A DNA stretch of 64,000 bases from an uncultured Actinomycetota bacterium (GTDB lineage: Bacteria > Actinomycetota > Acidimicrobiia > Acidimicrobiales > RAAP-2), in assembly GCA_963824265.1 (NCBI GenBank), contig CAWGOO010000002.1:316744-380743 (forward strand). Reading direction: 5' to 3'. The translations under genes and the position numbers were made by a program. Under the pieces are notes generated by a model that searched no databases, was not told the DNA's origin, and saw nothing but the letters and a program-made list of their open reading frames with translations. Of this stretch, positions 8,780 to 19,532 are shown piece by piece (position 1 is the stretch's first letter; each line of letters begins with the position of its first letter).

Positions 8780-9478
8780 TCAGCCGAGCCGGGTAGCCGC
8801 CTTCTTGGCCAGCGAGGTGACGAAGGTTGTCGAGAGCACCGTCGACAGACCGACCGGGGCCAGAACGGCGATCGTCTTCCCACTGCGAATGACGACGAAG
8901 TCAGCGTTCATCTGGAGGGCCTGCCCGTCGACCGTCAGGGGGATGGCGAGCTTCAGCGCGGTGGTCGCCGATCCCTCTCGTGGAAACGGCAGCCGCGACG
9001 TCGTGATCTTCGACGCTGTGATGCCGGAGCCTGTTGCCCCCGAAGCGATCGACTTGGCCAGGAGCTGGCCGACGCACGTCGGCGCCTTGGCGTTGGAGAA
9101 GAAGCCATAGGTGCGCTTGGCCGCGCTTGTCGAGGCGAAGATGCCGACGAGCTCGAAGACGAACTGGGCGGTCTGCTGCTCGGTGAAACTCGACTGTGCG
9201 CTCGGCGCGTTGGCGTCGAGGCCCGAAGTCGAGGTCCCCTCGCAGGACGCGACCTCAGTGAAGTCGTTTGTCGACCCTGTCGACGTCGACGATGTCGATG
9301 TGCTCTTTGTCACCTTCCACCCGGCGGGCAGGTCGGACAGGTGCAGCAGCTCACGGTGGGCGGCCGCGCTCGTCGGCTTGGCCGACGCGCCGGCTGGGAC
9401 GACCGCCACCGAACCGGCGGCGAAGGTCAGCCCCACTAAGGTCGCTCCGAGACCGGTCCACCAGCTGCGCTGTCCCAT
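8780..9478 (-). CDS. Secreted hypothetical protein (signal peptide, Ser/Thr-rich linker)
   Basis: ORF 8780..9478. MGQRSWWTGLGATLVGLTFAAGSVAVVPAGASA followed by a globular-looking sequence. No family recognised. Confidence 0.7.
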   Translation of the reverse strand: MGQRSWWTGLGATLVGLTFAAGSVAVVPAGASAKPTSAAAHRELLHLSDLPAGWKVTKSTSTSSTSTGSTNDFTEVASCEGTSTSGLDANAPSAQSSFTEQQTAQFVFELVGIFASTSAAKRTYGFFSNAKAPTCVGQLLAKSIASGATGSGITASKITTSRLPFPREGSATTALKLAIPLTVDGQALQMNADFVVIRSGKTIAVLAPVGLSTVLSTTFVTSLAKKAATRLG

Positions 9479-9585
9479 CGAACCTCCGCTCGGTCGTGGG
9501 CCCTGCCCGTGGCGGTACCCGGCGAGTCGCCGATCGTAGCGGTCCGGCTCGGGACCACCGGGTTCGTGGCCGGCCCGGCCCGGAG

Positions 9586-10537
9586 TCAGGGTGCCTCGAT
9601 CACCTGTCCGGCATACGAGAGCCCGCCACCGAAGCCGAGCAGCAGGATCGGCTCACCGGTCTCGATCGGTTCACGCTCGAGCAGCTTCGACAGCGCCAGC
9701 GGGATACTGGCCGACGAGGTGTTACCGGACTCGACGACGTCCCGGGCGACAACGGCCTTCACCGGTCCGACCCGCGCCATGATCGCCTCGATGATCCGCA
9801 GGTTCGCCTGGTGCAGGACGATCGCCTTCAGATCCTCGAGGGCGACGCCGCCCCGGACGCAGAATCTCCCCGACGATGCCCGGGAGCACGGTCGTGGCCC
9901 ACCGGTAGACCGCGGCGCCCTCCTGGGTGAAGACCGGCGGCTCGCCGTCGATGACGACGGCGTTGCCGAGCTCGGGCAACGACCCCCAGACCACCGGGCC
10001 GATCCCGGGCCGGTCGTCGGTACGCTCGACCGCAGCCGCCCCCGCGCCGTCGCCGACGAGGACGCAGGTGCTCCGATCCGTCCAGTCGGTGACGGCCGAC
10101 AGCTTGTCGACCCCGATGACCAGACCACGGGTCGCCGCGCCGGCTCGCATCGTGTGGTCGGCCAACGCCAGGCCGTGGGTGAACCCCGAGCAGGCGGTGT
10201 TGACGTCGATCACCGCCAGCCCGGCGGTGATGCCCAACTGCGCGGCCACCCGGCTGGCGACGTTCGGCGATCGCTCGACCGCGGTGCAGGTCGCCACGAC
10301 GAGCAGGTCGATGTCGCCGGGTGCCCAGCCGGCCCGCTCGAGGGCCCGGGTGGCGGCCGCCGCCGCCATGTCGCTCACGGTCGTCTCCGGTGCCGCGATA
10401 TGACGGGTCTCGATGCCGACGCGGCGCCGGATCCACTCGTCGCTCGTCTCGACGAGCTGCTCGAGATCGGCGTTCGTCATCACCGTCTCCGGCTGGAAAT
10501 GACCCAGCGCGACGACCCGCGAGCCCGACATTCTCAC
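9586..10537 (-). CDS. Beta-ketoacyl-ACP synthase III (FabH-like); frame break near 9857
   Basis: N-terminal 230 aa come from ORF 9722..10537 (DEWIRRRVGIETRH, NTACSGF, VLVGDGAGAA). The C-terminus comes from ORF 9586..10128 (VLHQANLRIIE, GNTSSASIPLAL, GFGGGLSY). The join EILR/RGGVALEDL needs a 1-nt shift. Confidence 0.85.
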
Positions 10538-10701
10538 CTCCTGCGCCCCCGGCCACCCCGACGGTGGCTCGCCGGCCAGCCTACGTGGCGACCGGTCGCG
10601 GCCGGTGGTCCTATGGGTCGGGCCGCCGATCCGGGCAGCGTCACATCCGCGGCTTCTCGTGGGTCATTGTCATAGGGACCGCGGAGCTGAGGACGGGGCA
10701 G

Positions 10702-11619
10702 ATGCACGACGACGACGAGTGGCTGGCCAGACGCTTCGAGGAACACCGCTCGCACCTTCGGGGAGTGGCCTACCGGATCCTGGGCTCGCTGGCCGAGGCC
10801 GACGACGCGGTCCAAGACGCCTGGGAGCGGGCCAGCCGGGCCGGCGCAAAGGACGTCGAGAACGTCGGGGGGTGGCTGACCACGATCGTCGCCCGGGTCT
10901 GCCTCAACAAACTGCGCTCCCGCCGAACCCGGCGCGAGGAGCCGTTGGAGACGAGCCTCCCCGACCCGATCGTCACCGCCGACGCGGCTGCGCTCGGCCC
11001 GGAGGACGAGGCGCTGCTGGCCGACTCGGTCGGCCTCGCTCTCCAGATCGTGATCGAGACGCTCGCACCGGCCGAGCGGCTCGCCTTCGTTCTCCACGAT
11101 CTCTTCGGCGTCCCGTTCGACGAGATCGGTCCGATGGTCGACCGGACGCCCCAGGCGACGAGACAGCTGGCCAGTCGGGCCCGCCGCCGGATCAAAGGCG
11201 CAGCGACGCCTGCGCCCGAGCGGGACGTGCCGCGGCAGCGGGCGGTCGTCGACGCGTTCTTCGCGGCGGGCCGGGCCGGCGACTTCGACGCGCTCGTCGC
11301 GCTGCTCCACCCCGACGTCGTCCTTCGGGCCGACTACGGTCCCGGCCGGCCGAGCCGGTCGATCGTCGCCCGAGGCCCCGCAGCCGTCGTCGAACAGGCC
11401 CGACTCGGCGCACGCATCGGCGGCACCCTGCACCCGGCGCTCGTCAACGGGGCGGCCGGGATCGTCGTCACGGCTCGCGGCCGGCCGGTGGCGGTGATGG
11501 GCTTCACCGTCGCCGACGGCCAGATCGTCGAGATCGACGCCATCGCCGACCCGGCGCGGGTCAGGCGGGTGGCCGCCGCCGTGCTCGGCCAGGGCGCGGA
11601 TCCGGGTCTGGCGGAGTAG
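10702..11619 (+). CDS. ECF sigma factor with a SnoaL-like C-terminal extension (SigJ/ECF41-like)
   Basis: Internal ATG 10702 of ORF 10321..11619. MHDDDEWLARRFEEHRSHLRGVAYRILGS..DAVQDAW (region 2), ERLAFVLHDLFGVPFDEIGPMVDRTPQATRQLASRARRRI (region 4), then a roughly 100-aa extension. Confidence 0.85.
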   Translation: MHDDDEWLARRFEEHRSHLRGVAYRILGSLAEADDAVQDAWERASRAGAKDVENVGGWLTTIVARVCLNKLRSRRTRREEPLETSLPDPIVTADAAALGPEDEALLADSVGLALQIVIETLAPAERLAFVLHDLFGVPFDEIGPMVDRTPQATRQLASRARRRIKGAATPAPERDVPRQRAVVDAFFAAGRAGDFDALVALLHPDVVLRADYGPGRPSRSIVARGPAAVVEQARLGARIGGTLHPALVNGAAGIVVTARGRPVAVMGFTVADGQIVEIDAIADPARVRRVAAAVLGQGADPGLAE

Positions 11620-11626
11620 CCCTAGC

Positions 11627-12175
11627 TCAGACCGGCGGTGCGGGGACCACTTCGCAGATCCCCGCTCCGCAAAGGTGCTCGAGCGGAGCCCCCCAGAGCG
11701 CGGTGTCGAGCAGCTCCACCAGCGCACCCGAAGCGAGCTGGAGATAGCAGGCGCGAATCTCGGCCAAGAGACCGTTCTCCCCTTCCGCTTCGAGCACCTC
11801 GGCGAGCCGTTCGCCGTCCTGCGTGGCCGCGCTGAACAAGCGGGCGCCGCCGGCGATGAGCTCGCGCGCCGTGCCGGCGAGGTCGGGGGCCCAGTAGGCG
11901 ACATGGCTGATGCCCGGGCGTTCTTCCAGCAGCCGTCGCTGGGGCGAGTCCGGCGTCGTCGCCGAGGGGGCGATGAGCTCGAGGGCCGGTCCACCGGCCA
12001 ACCGGCCGAACGCCATCGTCACCCGCTGGTCGACCACGCCACCCCCGAGGCCGTCGTACGTCGCGAACAAGTGGGGGGCGGAGACGACCCAGGGTCCGGT
12101 GACCAGCCCGGTGTAGTCGGCCATGGCCGCCGGTAGGTCGTGCACCGTGGCGCCGACGTGCATGAGCGACAGCAT
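11627..12175 (-). CDS. VOC (glyoxalase/bleomycin-resistance/dioxygenase) family protein
   Basis: ORF 11627..12232 trimmed to MLSLMHVGATVHDL.. Second half has ISHVAYWAPDL. Confidence 0.7.
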   Translation of the reverse strand: MLSLMHVGATVHDLPAAMADYTGLVTGPWVVSAPHLFATYDGLGGGVVDQRVTMAFGRLAGGPALELIAPSATTPDSPQRRLLEERPGISHVAYWAPDLAGTARELIAGGARLFSAATQDGERLAEVLEAEGENGLLAEIRACYLQLASGALVELLDTALWGAPLEHLCGAGICEVVPAPPV

Positions 12176-12274
12176 CTGGCCCCTTCCCACCGCGTCCCCG
12201 GCGAGCGTAGTTTTGCGACCGGCGACCCTCAACTGATGTCGGCCTCGTGACCAGCGCCGCCGAGCCGCGCCCCG

Positions 12275-14696
12275 CTACTGCTCTCGAAGGATTCCGTCCC
12301 GACTTCGATCGGGCTGCCGCCAATGCCGGCCCGACCGCAATGAGGTTGGCCGCCACGAGGATGCCCGCCACCAGAGCCAGGAGGAACGAGACCGGGACGA
12401 CGGCGACGGGGAAGGCCCCCAGTTGGGTAGCGAACAGGTTCCACAGCGCCCGTCCGGCGGCGACACCCACCGGCACGCCGATCGCCACTCCGACCAGGGA
12501 CACCGCCGTCGCTTGCCAGACCACCGCCCAAGCCACCTGGCGGTTCGTGAACCCCAGTACCTTCAGGAGCCCCGTCTCCCGTCGGCGGCGCGACACGCTG
12601 ACCACCAACACATGCACAAGCGTGGCCGCCCCGAAGATCGTGACGATCGCACCGAATATGAGCGGGAAGTTGATCGCTTCGCCGAAATTGGCCAACGAGA
12701 CCGGCGTAACGGGGAGCGTGGCATACAGCGGGTAGGTATCGAGATAGTGGGTGATCGTCGCCTGTCCTCGTGGACCCGCGACCATTCGGGTGGCGATGGA
12801 ACCGAAGTTCGTCGCTTCGACGGCGCGTCGGCAACGGGGCCGGCCGGCGCCGGCGGGACAGGCCGCCGCCTCGTAGCCGGCAATCGTGAAGATCGCGCCG
12901 TTGCCCAAACTGACGTAACCGCCCACCACCGGAAGGGGGACCTGGGCCACGACTCGGAACGACTTCGTGCGCTTGCCTCCCGATGGCGTGGAGACGGTCA
13001 CGGTCACGACGGAACCCACGTGGGCGCCCACCTGACGCATGGTCGCGGCCCCCAGGCCGATCTGGCCGTCGGCGCTGGGCAGGTGGCCCGCTACCGTCAA
13101 GAACGGGATCGGACCCCGGAGTGCCCCCACCGCCAACGCCCCCACCGTCGTGTGGTCGATCGAGACCTGGGTGGCCACGGCACGGGTGATCACGTCGACG
13201 TCTTGATCACGCTCCAGGCTTTTGAGCAGCGCTGGATCGGGCAGGCCCGGCACGACGGGGAAGATGACCTGATAGGCATCGCCGTACAGGGCCGGAGTAG
13301 CGGTGAGATGAGAGAGGCTGGCCCCGAAGACCAGCGTGCCGCACAGCGCGACGACCGCCATGACGGTGCCGACGAAGGCGGTTCCCGTCGGGATGCTGGC
13401 TCCACTCGCCCGCCGCTGCAAGGCGTTCCGAACGCCGATCAAGGTGCTCGGCGGCGCGCCCATGGCGGCCAGCCGCGTCACCACGACGGAAGGGCGAACG
13501 ATCACTGCCCGGTCGCCGGTAGGCGCCGAGGACGCAGCTCGCACGGCGGGCCAGATGCCGAGGGCGACGACGACCACTGCCGTTGCCAACCCCCCGAGCA
13601 AGAGGATGAGCGCGTCGAAGGAAACGCCGGTCAAGGGTTCAGCCAGTCGTGCTTCGCCCACGGGAGCCACCGGCGACAGTGCCGTCGCCAGCACCACCGC
13701 CCCAACGGAGCCGACCGTGCCGACCGCCACGTTCCGGGCCATGCCCAGCATGATCAGCTGCCACCGCTCCACGCCAAGGGCGACCAAAGTCGGATAGTCC
13801 GCGCTCTCGGCGAGGGACTGGCGGGCCAGTGCCTGGCCGATGACCACCAGGCCGACCAGGGCAGCCAGGGCAGCGAGGGCGAACCATCCGACGGCCTGCG
13901 GACGGATCGACCCTTCGACCGATGCCTCCAGGCCATTGCTGTTGCCTACGCCTTCCACGCCCTCGGCTCCGAGGGCACTGGCCGCGGCGTCGAACCGGGG
14001 GAGGTCGGCGGCGCGGCGCAATCGCACGGCGTACTCCGCTCCGGTGGCGGTGTGGGGGAGCACGCGGCGGGCGAAGGCGGGGGTGGTGTACACGTCGTAC
14101 GAAGGTGTCTGCCCCGACGGAAAATCGAATTCAGTGGCGACGATCCCGACCACCCGGAAGGCAACCGACGGACCCAGTGGCTTGGGTCCCGCTCCGGTGG
14201 AGCTGTTGGCGGCCGAGGCCTGCGACGGCGCGAAGAACGGCATATGGATCACCGTTCCCACCTGCACGCCGTCGTCTCGCTGCAGCGTGAGCGACGCCAG
14301 AACTTGATAGGGCGCGTTCGGGTCGGGGAGCTGCCCGGAGACCAGCTTGTAGATCGGCTTGCCTCCCGCCGCCACGGCGAGCACCGTGAAGTTCGCCGGG
14401 TTGATCGGATGCGGGCAGTCGCAGCTCGGCCGACCGTTGAACGGGTTCGCCGCCTCCGTCACCGAGGAGACGCCGGGCAGCGTGGCGACCTGCGGCACCG
14501 TCTTGGTGGCATAGACGGTGGCGTCGAACCCGTAGGTGGCGACAAACCGGGGGAACGCCGCGTCGGTGCGGCGACCAGCGGCGACGGCGGCCAACACGAA
14601 GCCCCCCACCAGGCTGATCAGTACGGCGATGGCCAGCCACGATCGCCATCGACTGCGCAGCTCGGCACGCAACGCGACCCCGACTGCTGCCAACAC
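12275..14696 (-). CDS. ABC-transporter permease with two FtsX domains (MacB/DevC-like); 3' end uncertain
   Basis: ORF 11622..14696 has an N-terminal TM, a large extracytoplasmic domain and FtsX-type helices twice (..ETGLLKVLGFTNRQV..). After ..GPALAAARS (about 12300) the frame becomes an Arg/Gly-rich run-on through the next gene. A +1 frame gives ..RDGILREQ* ending at 12275, which is a typical FtsX C-terminus. Confidence 0.75.
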
Positions 14697-14870
14697 GCCC
14701 TCCTCGGATCAGCCGATCGCCTCCAGTCTCGCTTCCTCGGCTGCCATCTCCAAGGTGGTTACCCAGCCGATACCTTCGGGTGGTAGCACCACTCGTTCCG
14801 AGACCCTTCCGCCGGTCGACCGATCGCTGGGCGGTGGAGACCGCGTTGCCCTGGCGCCTAGCATCCGCTC

Positions 14871-15306
14871 GTGGCAAAACACACCTCGCCGTCACCGCTC
14901 GTCGAAGTCTTCGTTCACGCCGTCGAGGAGCACCTGCCCTCGGACCAGCAAACTAAGCTCGACGGCTTCCGTGAAGCGATCGAGCGCACCACCGACGCCA
15001 AAGACGGTCACCGGGCGAGGCACTGTGCCATCTGGGCGGTTCGGCTGGCGGACGACAAGGATCTGCCGCACCCTCGTTGGCGGGAGATCAAGGAGCTCCA
15101 CGAGATTCTGGAAGAGCGCGTGGCTCGGAACCGAGTTCGCGCTGGATTTCGAGGGCGCAGGTCGTCCGGCCCCGATGAAGGACACCGAGATCGAGTGGGT
15201 GGAGAACGCGGTCGACGTTGCCAAGGCGATCGGTGAAGCGGACGGATGGGATCACGCACCGTGGGAGGAGCTCCTTTCTGGGCTCATCGCGATGGAGCCC
15301 AAATAG
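14871..15306 (+). CDS. Hypothetical protein; frame break near 15120
   Basis: ORF 14871..15236 (MAKHTSPSPLVEVFVHAVEEHLP..HEILEER) continues in the frame of ORF 14536..15306 (WLGTEFALDFEGAGRPAPMKDTEIEWVENAVDVAKAIGEADGWDHAPWEELLSGLIAMEPK*). Confidence 0.5.
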
Positions 15307-15380
15307 ACCATCCGACGACGGGGCGGGCTCGACTTCGCGACAGCAGGTCCCCCGTCGAGGGCCACCGCTAGAGTCGAGGC

Positions 15381-15827
15381 ATGCCGATCGAAGGCGAGTA
15401 CCGACCGAGCCCGGAGGCGCGGGTCCGTGACCAGGTCGCAGAGTACGAGGCGTCCGGTGGTCAACGGGCGAACACTCTCGGCGATACGGGGCTGCCCGTG
15501 GTGATCGTCAGTACCAAGGGAGCGACGAGCGGCCAGGTCCGCAAGATGCCGGTCATGCGGGTCGAGGACGGCGGCGAGTACGCCCTCGTCGCGTCAAAGG
15601 GGGGCGCCCCCCACCACCCGGTCTGGTATTACAACCTGAAGGCGAACCCGACCGCAGTGACCATTCAGGACGGCCCGGAGCCTCACGACTACACCGTGCG
15701 CGAAGTCGACGGTGCAGAGAAGGCGACGTGGTGGGACCGAGCCGTCGCCGCCTACCCGCCGTACGCGGACTACCAGGAGAAGACCGATCGTCAGATACCG
15801 GTCTTCGTCGCCACTCGCCAGGCCTGA
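15381..15827 (+). CDS. Nitroreductase-family deazaflavin (F420)-dependent oxidoreductase (DUF385 type)
   Basis: ORF 15381..15827. PVVIVSTKGATSGQVRKMPVMRV..YALVASKGGAPHHPVWYYNLKANP..TWWDRAVAAYPPYADYQEKTDRQIPVFV is characteristic of this family. Confidence 0.85.
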   Translation: MPIEGEYRPSPEARVRDQVAEYEASGGQRANTLGDTGLPVVIVSTKGATSGQVRKMPVMRVEDGGEYALVASKGGAPHHPVWYYNLKANPTAVTIQDGPEPHDYTVREVDGAEKATWWDRAVAAYPPYADYQEKTDRQIPVFVATRQA

Positions 15828-15852
15828 TCGTTGCGCCCGGACCGGGCGACGA

Positions 15853-16683
15853 TCAAAGACCTGGACCGGTGTCGAAGATCGGCCATCCGATCTCGGTGCG
15901 CCACAACGTCTGGTCGGCGGTCTCGTGGCTGCCGACGACGTAGAGCTCCCGCAGGGGTCCCTCGACGCCCAGAGCATGTTCTGCCACGTACGCCCCCAGC
16001 GACCCGTAGGCGCGATCCACATCCCGGTGGGAGCCGAGATGGGTGATGACTGCGAGCTCGACGGCCGGGACCGTCAGCGTGACGACCCGCCCGGTGGGTT
16101 CGATCGGCTCGGCGGAGGGAACGTAGATCGTGGCTTCACCCCGTTCGTGGGTGAACAGGTCGTTGGCGAAGATCCCGCCGGCCTGACCTGACGGCGTCAG
16201 CTTCTGGGCGGCGATGATGCCGTAGAGCTCACCCAGCGCGCCCTGGAACCAAGAGGCGGCGTGCTCGAGATCGAGCACTTCGCGCACCGCGGCGGCCGAC
16301 ATCGCCGCCACCTGGCGGTGCTCGATCACCACTGGCGCGTCGTCAGCTGGCGGTTGCAGCAGATCCCGGAGTGACGCCGCTGCTTCCTGCGTCCGGGCCA
16401 GATTGGCCTCGAGGCGCCGGAGATGGCCAGAGATCAGCTCGTTGCGGGTGACCAGATCGGGCGCGGCGATGACCGCTTGGATCCCCTCGAGAGGCATGTC
16501 GAGCGACCTGAACCGGTGGATGACCTGAGCCGTCGCGATCTGGTCGGTGGTGTAGCGGCGATGACCGGTGCCGGGATCCACGTCGGCGGGCTCCAGTAGA
16601 CCGATGCGGTGGTAGTGCCGCAACGTCTTGATGCTCAGGTGCGTGGCGCGGGAGAAGTCACCGATAGCCAGCGAGGACCGCAC
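15853..16683 (-). CDS. MerR-family transcriptional regulator with a GyrI-like effector-binding domain
   Basis: ORF 15853..17016 trimmed to GTG 16683, preceded by gggggagg. LAIGDFSRATHLSIKTLRHYHRIGLL (HTH), then a coiled coil and a GyrI-like C-terminal half. Confidence 0.8.
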   Translation of the reverse strand: MRSSLAIGDFSRATHLSIKTLRHYHRIGLLEPADVDPGTGHRRYTTDQIATAQVIHRFRSLDMPLEGIQAVIAAPDLVTRNELISGHLRRLEANLARTQEAAASLRDLLQPPADDAPVVIEHRQVAAMSAAAVREVLDLEHAASWFQGALGELYGIIAAQKLTPSGQAGGIFANDLFTHERGEATIYVPSAEPIEPTGRVVTLTVPAVELAVITHLGSHRDVDRAYGSLGAYVAEHALGVEGPLRELYVVGSHETADQTLWRTEIGWPIFDTGPGL

Positions 16684-16809
16684 GGTGTCCAGTATGAGAC
16701 CTCCCCCAAGGGGAGATACAAGCGCGGATGTGGTCTTGCTCCTCCCGCGGGGGGAGGCCCGAAACTGGACTGAGCGGGTCGAGGGACCCGCCCGGAAAGG
16801 ACCGAGACC

Positions 16810-17163
16810 ATGAGCACCACCCTTCCTCCCGTCATCGAGGAGCACGTTGCGGCAGTCAACGCCGGTGACGTTGACGCCCTGACGGCCACCTTCTCCGACG
16901 ATGCCTACGTCGCGGCTCAGGCCGAAGCCCGAGGCATCGAGGCCGTCCGTGCCTTGCTCACCAAGGAATTCATTGACGACCACGTCACGCTGAAGGTCCG
17001 CGACGTGATCGACCACCGCGGTGACTTCATCGTGCGCACCGAGTACGACGGCACGTACGACAAGACCAATCTGCCCGACCCTTTGATCATGACCAACTAC
17101 TTCTCGCTTCGCGACGGCAAGATCATCACGCTCGCCGTGATCTCCACCCCGCCCTCGGCATGA
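16810..17163 (+). CDS. SnoaL-like / NTF2-fold protein
   Basis: ORF 16810..17163. IEEHVAAVNAGDVDALTATFSDDA.. Divergent from the MerR gene. Confidence 0.7.
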   Translation: MSTTLPPVIEEHVAAVNAGDVDALTATFSDDAYVAAQAEARGIEAVRALLTKEFIDDHVTLKVRDVIDHRGDFIVRTEYDGTYDKTNLPDPLIMTNYFSLRDGKIITLAVISTPPSA

Positions 17164-17522
17164 CGAGCGCCCAGGCCGCTCTCGAACGGTTCCTCGTCGC
17201 CTTCTACTCGGGCGATATCCAGGGAACCCGCGATGCGGTGACGGAAGACTTCACGTTGTCCGGGCCGTTCGCCAGCGTGCACAACGCCGACGAGCTCTTG
17301 CAGCTCGGCGCCGGGCTCATGACGATCGCCCGCGGCCACAAGGTCCGGCGTTGCGTGACGACCGAGAACGAGGTCGCCGCGCTCTACGAGATCTTCCTCC
17401 AAGGACCGAGGGGTCAGGCTCCCTTGACCGTCGGCGGCTTCTTCACGGCCGCCTGCGACCGTCTGTCCGGTGGTCAGGTGATCTACGACTCAGCGGCCTT
17501 CGACGCCCTCGTCGCGCCCTGA
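17160..17522 (+). CDS. SnoaL-like / NTF2-fold protein (second copy)
   Basis: ORF 17160..17522, with a 4-nt overlap with the previous gene. LERFLVAFYSGDIQGTRDAVTEDF. Confidence 0.65.
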   Translation: MTSAQAALERFLVAFYSGDIQGTRDAVTEDFTLSGPFASVHNADELLQLGAGLMTIARGHKVRRCVTTENEVAALYEIFLQGPRGQAPLTVGGFFTAACDRLSGGQVIYDSAAFDALVAP

Positions 17523-17574
17523 CCATGCCTCGGGCGAGTCGAGCAGCGTGCCGTCACGCGCCACTGAGCGCCGA

Positions 17575-18141
17575 TCAGGTTGAGGCTGGGCGGCAGCCGC
17601 CCGCCGGCCATCCCCAGAGCTGGACGACGTCGGCGGGAACAGTCATCGGGCACGGCGTGTCCGGACCCGTTTGGCCATCGGCGTAGGCCGTCCAGCCTTT
17701 GCCGGGAGGCTGGGTGAACAGGTAGTAGGACCCGTCATCTTGAGAAGCGATCTGCGCCTGAGTGGGTGGTGTGCTCGGGTTGCTCGACGGAGCCGGAACC
17801 AGCTGGGCCCCAGCCCAGTAGGTGCCCGTGGCGTGATCCAAGGCGTAGTAGGTGAGGCCGGGCGTGAGCCCGGAGTACTGCTCCACCGGGATGTTGTTCA
17901 CCGCGGCGCCAGCGGCCACCAGCTGGGAGCGGACGGCCGAAGTAACCGGTTCGTTGACTGCCTGGCTCGACGTCTTGGTCGTGGAGGTACTGGACGACGT
18001 CGTGGAAGGACTCGACGAAGTGGTGTTGGCGGTCGTCGTAGTCGACGAGGTATTGGCCGCGTCCGGCGAGCTCGAGCAGGCGGCCAGCGTCACGCCGGCT
18101 CCCAAAGCCAGTGCCCCGAGCACTACCAGTTTGGATTTCAT
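17575..18141 (-). CDS. Lipoprotein, hypothetical
   Basis: ORF 17575..18258 trimmed to MKSKLVVLGALALGAGVTLAAC (lipobox LAAC), followed by a Ser/Thr-rich linker. Confidence 0.7.
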   Translation of the reverse strand: MKSKLVVLGALALGAGVTLAACSSSPDAANTSSTTTTANTTSSSPSTTSSSTSTTKTSSQAVNEPVTSAVRSQLVAAGAAVNNIPVEQYSGLTPGLTYYALDHATGTYWAGAQLVPAPSSNPSTPPTQAQIASQDDGSYYLFTQPPGKGWTAYADGQTGPDTPCPMTVPADVVQLWGWPAGGCRPAST

Positions 18142-18533
18142 CGCCCCTCCCGACCTCGGACCCTTCGTGGCCCGGAAGGCGACAGTTTGCCCCAAGGAGT
18201 CTCCAACCGGCGTGACCGTCCATTCGCTGGATCGGGCTTTCGTCGCTGCGGTCCCCACCGGGTCGCGATTTCAACCCACCGGCCTCGGTCGGCTGACCAA
18301 GATTTGGGTGCACCGTGACCTGATGAATCAAACAACCGAGTCAATATCCTGAAGTGTGTATTCTGGAATGGTGGGTCGTGCCGATCGGTGATTGAAGACG
18401 CGGCACGTCTGGGGCCTCTTGGAACTGCCGAGGCCGGGCGCCCGGTGGCCGGCCCGTCCACCGGCGCCGGTGAGCCGGCGATCGGGTGCGGCGAGCCGTT
18501 CGAGGTCCTGCAACGAGGCGCGGGCGGCGAGCG

Positions 18534-19532
18534 ATGAACCACTCGACGCTCGGGACCTCCGGCCTCCAGGTGTCCCGGCTCTGCCTCGGAACGATGACGT
18601 TTGGTGTCCAGTGCGACGAAGATCGTTCGCGAGCGATTCTGGATGCCGCGGCCGAGGCGGGCATCTCCTTCATCGACACGGCCGACGTCTACCCGATCGG
18701 CGGTGATGCCTCGACGACCGGGCTGACGGAGGAGATCGTGGGGCGCTGGATGCGCGGCCGACGTGACGAGGTCATCATCGCGACGAAGGGCTTCAATGCG
18801 ACGGGTCTCCATCCGTGGGACCGGGGCAATTCGCGCAAGCACCTCCTGTCGGCGATCGACGAGTCGCTCCGGCGGCTCCAGACCGACCACGTCGACCTCT
18901 ACCAACTGCACCAGGACGACCGGGTGACTCCGCTCGACGAGACGCTCGCCGCCCTCGACGACATCGTCTCGTCGGGGCGGGCTCGCTACGTCGGCTGCTC
19001 GAACTTCGCTGCCTACCGGACCGCGTTGGCGCTCGGACGCAGCGAGGCCGGCGGCGTCGTCCGTTTCGTGAGCCATCAACCCCGGTACAACCTGATCTCG
19101 CGCGGTATCGAGCGGGAACTGCTCCCGCTCGCGGCCGAGACTGGTCTCGGTGTCATCCCGTACAACCCCATGGCCGGCGGCCTGCTGACGGGCAAGCACC
19201 GACGCGACGCCCCGCCGGAGGAAGGCACCCGCTTCGCCATCGTCGGGACGGGCGGCCCCCAATACCGCCAACGCTATTGGCACGACCGCTCGTTCGACGT
19301 CGTCGACTCCTTGCGCCCGATCGCCGACGCCGCGGGGACCTCGATGGCGACGCTGGCCGTGGCATGGGTGCTGGCCCAGCCGATCGTGTCGTCCGTCATC
19401 GTCGGCGCGAGCCGGCCAGAACAGTTGAACGACGCTGTCGTCGCCGAGATGGGCTCACTCGACGACGATCTCTTGCGGCAGCTCGACCAGCTCACCCTCG
19501 AGTTTCGATCTGCTCCGGAGACGGATCCGTGA
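18534..19532 (+). CDS. Aldo/keto reductase
   Basis: ORF 18486..19532 trimmed to MNHSTLGTSGLQVSRLCLGTMTFG. Also FIDTADVY, LQTDHVDLYQLH, GCSNF, VIVGASRPEQL. Confidence 0.9.
   Translation: MNHSTLGTSGLQVSRLCLGTMTFGVQCDEDRSRAILDAAAEAGISFIDTADVYPIGGDASTTGLTEEIVGRWMRGRRDEVIIATKGFNATGLHPWDRGNSRKHLLSAIDESLRRLQTDHVDLYQLHQDDRVTPLDETLAALDDIVSSGRARYVGCSNFAAYRTALALGRSEAGGVVRFVSHQPRYNLISRGIERELLPLAAETGLGVIPYNPMAGGLLTGKHRRDAPPEEGTRFAIVGTGGPQYRQRYWHDRSFDVVDSLRPIADAAGTSMATLAVAWVLAQPIVSSVIVGASRPEQLNDAVVAEMGSLDDDLLRQLDQLTLEFRSAPETDP

Noticed and set aside
11622-12274. C-terminal 220-aa extension of the FtsX permease ORF through the VOC gene
   Set aside because: The extension is Arg/Gly-rich nonsense and overlaps a credible VOC gene in another frame. 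An adjacent frame gives a canonical permease ending at 12275.
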